Of a DNA stretch of 36,934 nucleotides, positions 26,171-33,730 are shown one piece after another. Position numbers and translations under genes: made by a program. Under the pieces are notes generated by a model. The model was given only the letters and a program-made list of their open reading frames with translations, was not told the origin of the DNA and searched no databases. Origin of the DNA: a virus (Duplodnaviria > Caudoviricetes); the IMG/VR virus record IMGVR_UViG_3300020045_001829, positions 1 to 36,934 of that record; one strand, written 5' to 3'. Every line of letters begins with the position of its first letter. The first letter of the stretch is position 1.

Positions 26171-27400
26171 TTAGTACGCAACCTGAATCATGTAACCCAA
26201 AAGAACCTTCGCGTCGATTTTATACGCGCCTTTCCAATTGGTTGTTTCCTCTTTTGGAAGATAGAATTGTGACATCGTTTTCATTGCTTCAACACCGTCA
26301 ACACCGACCGGAATGTTTGACTTTGTAGTCAGAACGGCGCGGTGTGGTTGGTAATAACTTGCACCATTGTCGAAGTCAGCGCGAATGGTACGATCCCAAA
26401 AGTCAAAGCAATAAATCGGAACGTTCCTGAAGCGAAGACCGGTATCAAATTGACCGCGTTGCGCGTCCTGAACGCGAACGAATGACATGTCAACGCCTTG
26501 TGATTCTAACCATGTTTGATAATTGTCAACCAATGAATCAGTCAGGATGAAGAATTTATCCTTCGCATGTTTCAAACGTTTGTCGGCGTCCTGATAAAGT
26601 TCGCGCAATACGGTGATTGCCTTGTCTGTTGCAAGCGCGTCTTGCAATGCATACGTTGAAAGCGCGTTTTCGCTTATGGTGTAACGTCTGTCGGCGTCAG
26701 CCGCAACAACGTCATAAATTTGCGACCACAAACCGTTGATGATGTTGTAATCCAACAAGTCGGTTCCGGCTGTCAAAAGTCCCGGCGTATTATCAACGGT
26801 GTCATGATCCACGTCATTGAACCAAACAATTCTTTGGATGTCTTCGACGATTGCCTCTTCGATTCGTGTCATGATGAATGTTGAAAAATCACCTTGCGTC
26901 AAATCTTTGCGCGCAATGCCATTATTCAAACCCCAAACCCAAAACGATTCTTCCAAATCATCCGCGCATTGTTCCAACCAAAACTTCACGCGTTCAGGTT
27001 CCCAAAACTTTTCCGACATGGTGATTGAATGTGAACCGGCTGATCCGCCGCAAGTCGTTGATTTTTTGGAAATCTTTGAAAGTGTTCCAAGAAAACCAAT
27101 CTGTTGTTTTGCGACGATGTTTTCAACAACCTGATGAAAAGTTGTCAGTTCCGGATTGGTGTACGCCGATTCAAAAATTGCTTCCGTCATCGACATCACT
27201 TGTTTTCCATCCCATGTCAAATCCGCCGCCGTGATAACGGTGAACGCAACGCCCTTCACCGAAGGAATGAACATTGACGCCATTGACAGGATTCCGGCAA
27301 CAATGCCGATTGTGTCAGTTGTTACGGACGCAACCGCCGAACCGAAAAAGGCGGCGAAGAGTGTTCCGAATAACGCGATTAAAATTGTTTTTGTTTTCAT
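26171..27400 (-). CDS. Major capsid protein with hydrophobic N-terminal extension
   Basis: 409 aa directly after the protease/scaffold; long A-rich leader; EDIQRIVWFND and INGLW motifs. Confidence 0.8.
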   Translation of the reverse strand: MKTKTILIALFGTLFAAFFGSAVASVTTDTIGIVAGILSMASMFIPSVKGVAFTVITAADLTWDGKQVMSMTEAIFESAYTNPELTTFHQVVENIVAKQQIGFLGTLSKISKKSTTCGGSAGSHSITMSEKFWEPERVKFWLEQCADDLEESFWVWGLNNGIARKDLTQGDFSTFIMTRIEEAIVEDIQRIVWFNDVDHDTVDNTPGLLTAGTDLLDYNIINGLWSQIYDVVAADADRRYTISENALSTYALQDALATDKAITVLRELYQDADKRLKHAKDKFFILTDSLVDNYQTWLESQGVDMSFVRVQDAQRGQFDTGLRFRNVPIYCFDFWDRTIRADFDNGASYYQPHRAVLTTKSNIPVGVDGVEAMKTMSQFYLPKEETTNWKGAYKIDAKVLLGYMIQVAY

Positions 27401-27456
27401 GTTGTTGTTGTTGATTTTTGTTTTTGTTTTTGGTTGTTGTTTTTGGTTTGTTTTTC

Positions 27457-28641
27457 TTATTTCACCGCGACATTCATCCGGCGTTTGTTGGCGGCGGCTT
27501 TGTAATTCTTCACCGCGTCATTCACATCCGTCACCGGCTCGTTTCCGTTCTTTCTGAAATGTGTTTGTTGACCTTCCGGTTTGTGTGCTGATCCGATTGA
27601 CGCTGTCAAAAGTTCGATTTTGTTTTGAATCGCTTTGAACGCGTTTTCGTTTTCGCTGATTGCCGCCTTCATGGAAATGTTTTCCGTTGACAACGCTTCG
27701 ATTTTGTCGTTTGCCGCCTGAAGTTCTGTTTTCAATTTATTCATTTCTTCGTCATTGCTTGACGCTTGCGCTTCAGGCGCAACGGCAACGATTTCTGAAA
27801 TCTTTGAATCGGAATCCGTTTTCACAACGGTTCCGTCTTCAAGTGTGAATTCCTGATCCGGAACATTTTCACCGTTCTTTGTCACAGTGTCGCCTACTTT
27901 CGGCGCGTCCGCTTCGGTGTTTATTGTCAACATGTCTTCGGAATCTTTCAATTTCATGTCAAGATTTTTTGCGTTTTCAATTGTTTGCGTGTCTTCAATT
28001 CCGGCGGTTGTCAACATCGCCTTCAGTTGATTCAAAATTTTTGTTGCTGTTGTCATTTCAAGTTGTTTTTGTGTTTGTTTATTGTGAAATTTTGCATAGA
28101 TTTTCGCTTGCGTTTCCTGAACAATTTCAGTCACGAACTTCAGGTTCAACGCGCGTTCCGGATTCATCTTTGTTTCGTCTTTCATCATGTCAACAATGTC
28201 GGCACGTGGCGCGCCTGTCTTTTTTTGATAAAAGTCGATCAATTTGTTTTCCTCAACGCGTACCAAATCCGCCGTTTTTTCAAGTTCGTCGGCGTTGCCT
28301 ATTCCAACCGTGAAAGGATTGTGAATAAAGAAAGAACTATTCGCCGTCATTTTGCGTGTCGTTCCGGCTAATGCAATTACAGTTGCAATTGATGCGCAAA
28401 GTCCTTCGATGATTGTTGTGACTTTCTTTCCTGAACTTGTCAACAGGTCGTGAATCGCAAATCCTTCGTCAACGTCACCGCCGCGCGAATGAATGTGAAC
28501 AACGATTTCGTCCGCGTCAGGATTCAACGCCAATTGATCCGCAATTGTCTTCAATGACACAACGCCGAATTCGGACACGCCTGAAAATTGCGCGTTTTCG
28601 ATGTCGCCGTACGCCTGAACATGAAGAATTTTTTCGTCCAT
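27457..28641 (-). CDS. ClpP-type prohead protease fused to scaffold
   Basis: IHSRGGDVDEG, GLCASIAT (catalytic Ser), FFIHNP (His); coiled-coil C-terminus. Confidence 0.9.
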   Translation of the reverse strand: MDEKILHVQAYGDIENAQFSGVSEFGVVSLKTIADQLALNPDADEIVVHIHSRGGDVDEGFAIHDLLTSSGKKVTTIIEGLCASIATVIALAGTTRKMTANSSFFIHNPFTVGIGNADELEKTADLVRVEENKLIDFYQKKTGAPRADIVDMMKDETKMNPERALNLKFVTEIVQETQAKIYAKFHNKQTQKQLEMTTATKILNQLKAMLTTAGIEDTQTIENAKNLDMKLKDSEDMLTINTEADAPKVGDTVTKNGENVPDQEFTLEDGTVVKTDSDSKISEIVAVAPEAQASSNDEEMNKLKTELQAANDKIEALSTENISMKAAISENENAFKAIQNKIELLTASIGSAHKPEGQQTHFRKNGNEPVTDVNDAVKNYKAAANKRRMNVAVK

Positions 28642-28664
28642 GAAAATAAATTAGGGTTGCAAGA

Positions 28665-29252
28665 ATGAACGTCAAAGATATTTCGTATTTTTCCGATCAA
28701 ACTTTCATTGTTTTGAATACAATTTGTCATGTTTTGGCGTTGGGTGAATCGCTCAACACCTACATTCCGAATCCGGAACACTCAACAATCGGTGTCAACG
28801 ATATATTCAGGAAACACAAAACCAACTTGTTGGTCGTGTGTGATCCGATGAACAGATTCACACCGGAACGCCGTCAGGTCATATTCAATTCACGACCGGA
28901 TTTTTTGTTCACTTCATTTGATGATTGGAAGGTTCATCCGAAATACAAACGGATTCAACTTGCAAAAGGTCGCGGACGCCTTGACGACCTTGACACGCCT
29001 GACGTGTTTCCCTATTCAAACAATTCGCCGTTTGTGGCGTGTGTTATTGCTTACAAATTAGGCGCGAAAAAAATCATCCTTCACGGCGCGGACTTCCGGA
29101 CACATCCGGCATTGTCGAAACCGATTAATCTGCAAAGAATCAAAACCGATTTTTCAAACCTTGTCGCCCTACTTTCAAAACGTGGTGTTGAATTGAATGT
29201 TTCGTCGCCGGTGTCATTTTTGTCGGATTTCGTTCCCCTCTTAAAATGTTAA
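28665..29252 (+). CDS. DUF115/MAF/sialyltransferase-like Rossmann-fold protein
   Basis: HVLALGESL, TIGVND, NNSPFVACVIAYKLGAKKIILHGADF motifs; true start may be TTG at 28713. Confidence 0.65.
   Translation: MNVKDISYFSDQTFIVLNTICHVLALGESLNTYIPNPEHSTIGVNDIFRKHKTNLLVVCDPMNRFTPERRQVIFNSRPDFLFTSFDDWKVHPKYKRIQLAKGRGRLDDLDTPDVFPYSNNSPFVACVIAYKLGAKKIILHGADFRTHPALSKPINLQRIKTDFSNLVALLSKRGVELNVSSPVSFLSDFVPLLKC
28673..28680 (-). promoter_or_regulatory. -7 promoter TATCTTTG of the head operon
   Basis: Exact TAnnTTTG 31 nt upstream of the protease ATG. Confidence 0.6.
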
Positions 29253-29802
29253 CCGTTCCGCGTTCCAAGTGTGTGACGTAATCCTGAACAGGAAAGTCAA
29301 TCAATAAATTTTGTCCGTGCATTTCTTTCATTGCATTGATTAACGGCGCGCCGCGATTCACGAACGGACGGTGTTTGAAATATTGAAATGAATTGATGAT
29401 TGCGAAATGCGGATGAAGATAACGGAAACCGGTGTCGGCATTTTTGCCAACTTCATCAACGTGAATGATTTGACCGATTCCATAAATAAAGCGGTGAATC
29501 AACATATCAGCAATGAACGGACGGCGGACGATGATGTCAGAATCGAATATCAACACATTTTTTGTCTTCGCGGCTTGAATTCCCAAATGTAAACCAACAC
29601 CGTGACCGACATTTTCGGCGTGAAATTGTGTTTCGATGTCCGGATATTTTTTACATAACGATTGAATGACCTTCCGACATTCGTGTTTCGCACCGGATCC
29701 GTCAACGATAAGGATCGGAAGGCGTTTGTGAAAACGCTTGATTGACGTGACCGCGTTGAATATCAGTTCCGGCGCGCGATATGAAACAACGACACCTTTC
29801 AT
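29140..29802 (-). CDS. Glycosyltransferase, GT-A (GT2-like)
   Basis: VVVSYR, ILIVDGS, NVGHGVG and IFDSD (DxD) motifs. Confidence 0.85.
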   Translation of the reverse strand: MKGVVVSYRAPELIFNAVTSIKRFHKRLPILIVDGSGAKHECRKVIQSLCKKYPDIETQFHAENVGHGVGLHLGIQAAKTKNVLIFDSDIIVRRPFIADMLIHRFIYGIGQIIHVDEVGKNADTGFRYLHPHFAIINSFQYFKHRPFVNRGAPLINAMKEMHGQNLLIDFPVQDYVTHLERGTVNILRGERNPTKMTPATKHSIQHHVLKVGRQGLKNRF

Positions 29803-30359
29803 TTTTTCCGCGCCACAACAAAGATTCGTTCACAATGACCGAAAAGATTGTTTCCGATTTGACCTTGCGTTTCAACGATGAATCCGTTTTCGCTGAACAC
29901 GTTGACAATGTCGTTCAGGTTGTAATGTTTCACGACAGTCGGATCCGGAACGTATTGTTGAACGTCCGTCAAATGTTCGATGAAGTCTTTGTTCGGTGTC
30001 AGGACAATCACATATCCGCCTGACTTCAAAAACGTTTCGAATGTTTCCGTGAATAACATTTTAATGTTTTCGATGTGTGCAAAAGAATGCATAAAATAGA
30101 TTTTGTCAAACTGAAAATGAAACGATTTTCGGAACACATGTTCGTCCGGTTGTTCGACGTATTCATTCACGTCATATCCGAAGACGTCAACGCCTTTCAA
30201 CAGCAATTCGCGCACCATACGACCAAGACCGCAACCGAAGTCAAGTATTTTTTCGCTGTGCTTCGGTTCGATCAACTTTGCCATGAAGTTCATTTCGCGT
30301 TTGTATTTCAACGTTCCATTGAAGTCAACCAATTTCTGTTTATAGTTCATAAAAGGCAT
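29799..30359 (-). CDS. Class I SAM-dependent methyltransferase
   Basis: ILDFGCGLG, FGYDVN, HSFAHI and LKSGGYVIVLTPN motifs. Confidence 0.9.
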   Translation of the reverse strand: MPFMNYKQKLVDFNGTLKYKREMNFMAKLIEPKHSEKILDFGCGLGRMVRELLLKGVDVFGYDVNEYVEQPDEHVFRKSFHFQFDKIYFMHSFAHIENIKMLFTETFETFLKSGGYVIVLTPNKDFIEHLTDVQQYVPDPTVVKHYNLNDIVNVFSENGFIVETQGQIGNNLFGHCERIFVVARKK

Positions 30360-30360
30360 T

Positions 30361-31281
30361 TTAAATTTGATAAAGTATTTTTTTTATTCGATTTCCTGAA
30401 GGCAAATATCCATGTTTTTCAACGATGTGTTGACGTGTTTCGCGCCTTAATTTATTCACCGCGTCCGCCGACATGAACATGATTGACATGATTGAACCGG
30501 CAAACGTCTTTTCATCTTCGAACAACACGAACGGTGTGTCACCGTATGTTTTGAAATAAACATCATTTGAAAGATTCATCGTCACGACAATCTTTGCCAT
30601 TGCGCCGGCTTCCAACGCCGTGATTCCAAACGAACCATATTTTTTGCCGTCAAGTTCACGTTTGAAAAGTTCGATGTAGATATCAATATCGTTCATCCGC
30701 CGCAATTGAACGTCATACGATGTCCGGTCGGTTGAATACCTGAATTCACACAACAATGAATTGTGTTGAATCGCGTCCATGATTTCAACGATTTTCGCCG
30801 TTCCTTTCACGACAGGATTTGAAGGAAAGTGACCGAAAACATACGGACGTTTTTGATTCACCGGACAATTTAATTTGTCGGTGTCAACCGCGCCGACAAT
30901 GTAATGTTCATTTTTTGCACCAAGTCCGGCGAATTCACCCAACGCGATGAACGACAACGACACATGTTCGTTGAATGCCTTATTCAATTCAACATGGTTG
31001 TCGCGATATACGCTTCCGGCATGAACGACAACGACACGTTTTTTCATGTTGACGCAATCCTGAAGAAAGGTCGTGTCAGAATGAAACAATTGAACGACGT
31101 CCGCCTTTTTTATTTCCTGAACGATTTCTTTGTGTGACGCGATTGCACATTGTTCGGAATAGGAAAACGCGTGTTTGTTCAGTTTACGCGCAACGCAATT
31201 AACGCCGACAGATTGCAACGCCTTCGCATTGTCGAACATAAAATTCGACCAATCGTCACGACACAAGTTCAATATTTTCAT
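30361..31281 (-). CDS. Glycosyltransferase, GT-B (GT4-like)
   Basis: HFPSNPVVKGT, YGSFGITALEAGAMAKIVV. Confidence 0.8.
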   Translation of the reverse strand: MKILNLCRDDWSNFMFDNAKALQSVGVNCVARKLNKHAFSYSEQCAIASHKEIVQEIKKADVVQLFHSDTTFLQDCVNMKKRVVVVHAGSVYRDNHVELNKAFNEHVSLSFIALGEFAGLGAKNEHYIVGAVDTDKLNCPVNQKRPYVFGHFPSNPVVKGTAKIVEIMDAIQHNSLLCEFRYSTDRTSYDVQLRRMNDIDIYIELFKRELDGKKYGSFGITALEAGAMAKIVVTMNLSNDVYFKTYGDTPFVLFEDEKTFAGSIMSIMFMSADAVNKLRRETRQHIVEKHGYLPSGNRIKKILYQI

Positions 31282-31999
31282 AAATCGGTTTTTTAGGTCG
31301 TGTCCTGATAATTTCGTGAATGTGATTTTTGTATTGTTGTCCTAATCGACACGCGGCGGATTGTTTGTGACGGTTATACAAATAAATTGGTTCCTTGATT
31401 AATCCGATCCGGTCACGTCCTGACATTTCTAAACATGAATACATCACTTCCGATTCCGTTGTTGTGTCGATCCACTTTCCGCCGACAATGAAATCCTGTT
31501 TCGGGATCCTGTCAAACAAAAACTTCCGGAACGTGTTCGGCGCGGTTGAACGGTAAGTGACTTTTCGATAGTTCCTTTCTTCGTGTGTCTGATCGTCGAA
31601 TTCAAGGTTGAACGACGGCGGCAAACCTCTTCCGTTTTGGTCAATCCAATTTCCGTACGTCATCAACATGCCGCGTTCGTATTCTTCAGCAATCCGCCGC
31701 AAGCAATTCGGCAACAATTGGTCATCCAATCCCAACAACAACACGACCGAATTCGGATTGCTCATTGCGTGAATTGCGTTGTAACGCCTGAACGCCGCGC
31801 CGGTGTTGTCAAGAAAACGGTGACATGAAATTCGCGGATCCTTTATTCGTTTGAAATATTCCGAAGTTCCGTCCGTTGAACCGTCGTCAATCAATGTCAG
31901 GTTCCAATTGGAATACTTTTGCGCGATGACCGAAGCAACGGTTTGTGAAATGTATTGTTTGCAATTCAAGCCGGAAGAAACGATTTCGAAATGTGTCAT
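31256..31999 (-). CDS. Glycosyltransferase, GT2
   Basis: SVIAQKYSNWNLTLIDDGSTDGT, LGLDDQL, EPIYLYN. Confidence 0.92.
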   Translation of the reverse strand: MTHFEIVSSGLNCKQYISQTVASVIAQKYSNWNLTLIDDGSTDGTSEYFKRIKDPRISCHRFLDNTGAAFRRYNAIHAMSNPNSVVLLLGLDDQLLPNCLRRIAEEYERGMLMTYGNWIDQNGRGLPPSFNLEFDDQTHEERNYRKVTYRSTAPNTFRKFLFDRIPKQDFIVGGKWIDTTTESEVMYSCLEMSGRDRIGLIKEPIYLYNRHKQSAACRLGQQYKNHIHEIIRTRPKKPIYENIELVS

Positions 32000-32124
32000 T
32001 TCAACAGGAATTTAACAAACACAAACAACGCGTACCAACACGCCAACGAAAACACCGTCGCGACAAACAACGCAATCAAGAAATTTTTACCATTTTTTCC
32101 CTGTTGGCTTTGCACATTCTTCAT
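31996..32124 (-). CDS. Small single-TM peptide (42 aa)
   Basis: Hand-translated MKNVQSQQGKNGKNFLIALFVATVFSLACWYALFVFVKFLLK; stop is ATGA-coupled to the GT2 gene. Confidence 0.5.
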   Translation of the reverse strand: MKNVQSQQGKNGKNFLIALFVATVFSLACWYALFVFVKFLLK

Positions 32125-32275
32125 TTTTCAACCATGTTTTAAGGTGAATAAAACAATAACAATGTTTGCATTGATTCAGCACGTTCAAATCTTCACACGT
32201 CAAACATTTTTTCAACCGTTCGTTCCGTGTTTCACGTGAAACCAAATATTTCTTTTCTATTTCGTCGATGTTCAT
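32087..32275 (-). CDS. Small Cys-rich protein (DUF6171-like)
   Basis: RLKKCLTC...CKHCYC...C...KW pattern. Confidence 0.7.
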   Translation of the reverse strand: MNIDEIEKKYLVSRETRNERLKKCLTCEDLNVLNQCKHCYCFIHLKTWLKNEECAKPTGKKW

Positions 32276-33504
32276 TCCGCGTTTCCCCTTGACACTTTTC
32301 CGGTTTCCGACATCATCTTGTCAAGCCACGACACACGAACGTCGGGATCCGACAAAACCTTCGTGATGAAATTCCAATCGCCGAATGACGTGTGCGAAAA
32401 GTGATGAATATATCTTTCGAACACCCAACGTTTCACCACGAAACACGAACCGCCGATTTGTCCGCGCCTGACGTCTTTTGTTTGCCATGATTGCGGTTTC
32501 GGATAAATTTGATCGCCGTCACCGGTCAAAATCTTCATCCGGAAAAATATGACGTCCGGATCGTTGGCGATGACACACGTTTGTTTCAACAATTCAATGA
32601 AGTCGCGACGGACAAAGAAATCATCATCGTCCAAAAGATAAATATACTTTCCTTCCGGCTTCGCGAATTGAAATGATTCATTTGCGCGGAACATGCCGTG
32701 ACCTATTTTGTCAACAATAAACACCTGTTCGAAATCGATGTCGGAAAGGTTCGCAACGGATTCGTTGTGTTTTGCGAACAATCCGTTTCGTTTTCCGAAC
32801 ATGACACGTGTGATGATTGACAGGAACGGATCCTTTTTCATTTTATACCGGCGGACATCCGTTGTCAGGTTCAAATAAAATTTCACGGCTTCCGGATCCG
32901 TCCACTTTGCTAATTGTGAAAAGTCGCGGTCAACATTGCTGAAGGATTTCCAGTTGTTCACGTGACCGCCGCCGCCACAAAGTCCGATTCCGTGTTTTAT
33001 ACCAACCGCCAACGGATCAGCAACCGGAACCGAAACGCCTTTGAGATTGCGCCACAAATGAAGGTCAGTGTAGGAATACGAATCTTCGCACCATTTGACG
33101 CGTTTCAGCGCGTTCACGCTTGCAATGGTATTGAACATTGAAGACCGTCCGGCGTGTTCAAAACGCGCCCATTTGCGGTTAAATATGTTGTAATAAATTG
33201 ACGACGAAACACCGAAGATTTCCGGCGAACCGTGACGTTTATACAACGACATCATTTGTTCAATATATTGCCTCGAATAATAGTCATCGTCTTCCCAAAA
33301 AACGACGGTATCACATCCGTGTTCTATCAGTCTTTGAACGCCTGTTCTATATCTGAAGGTAATGTCGGGCGCGCTTGTTTTCGGCGGATCGTCAACGACA
33401 ACGATTTCGTCCGGTTGTTGTGTCTGTCTTTTAATTTGATGACGCGCAAAGTCAAGAAACGATTTTCGTTCACCGCGCGTCGGAATCAATACACCTAACT
33501 TCAT
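32272..33504 (-). CDS. Two-domain glycosyltransferase (GT2 + GT2)
   Basis: Domain 1: VLIPTR, VVVDD, WEDDDYY; domain 2: FLSIITR, YLLDDDDF, FGDWNF. Confidence 0.88.
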   Translation of the reverse strand: MKLGVLIPTRGERKSFLDFARHQIKRQTQQPDEIVVVDDPPKTSAPDITFRYRTGVQRLIEHGCDTVVFWEDDDYYSRQYIEQMMSLYKRHGSPEIFGVSSSIYYNIFNRKWARFEHAGRSSMFNTIASVNALKRVKWCEDSYSYTDLHLWRNLKGVSVPVADPLAVGIKHGIGLCGGGGHVNNWKSFSNVDRDFSQLAKWTDPEAVKFYLNLTTDVRRYKMKKDPFLSIITRVMFGKRNGLFAKHNESVANLSDIDFEQVFIVDKIGHGMFRANESFQFAKPEGKYIYLLDDDDFFVRRDFIELLKQTCVIANDPDVIFFRMKILTGDGDQIYPKPQSWQTKDVRRGQIGGSCFVVKRWVFERYIHHFSHTSFGDWNFITKVLSDPDVRVSWLDKMMSETGKVSRGNAE

Positions 33505-33730
33505 TTTGTGAAAATATTTTTAACACCCGAAACACAGTTGATTCGGAAACCTTGAATTGTTCTGTCAAATGAACGACGACATCCATCTTTTTCAATTTTG
33601 TTGTTTTGATTGTCTTGTCATATTCAAGAAAGATTTCGTAATATAAAAGCAATTTTGACGAAACAAATCCTTCACGAATTAATTTTTTCAACACACCGGT
33701 CTTTTCAAGTTCGATGATTATTTCTTTCAT
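33470..33730 (-). CDS. Small HTH DNA-binding protein
   Basis: LTEQFKVSESTVFRVLK at the C-terminus. Confidence 0.65.
   Translation of the reverse strand: MKEIIIELEKTGVLKKLIREGFVSSKLLLYYEIFLEYDKTIKTTKLKKMDVVVHLTEQFKVSESTVFRVLKIFSQNEVRCIDSDAR

Noticed and set aside
29799-30359. DNA methyltransferase
   Set aside because: No DPPY/NPPY or PC catalytic motif; it resembles small-molecule or sugar methyltransferases
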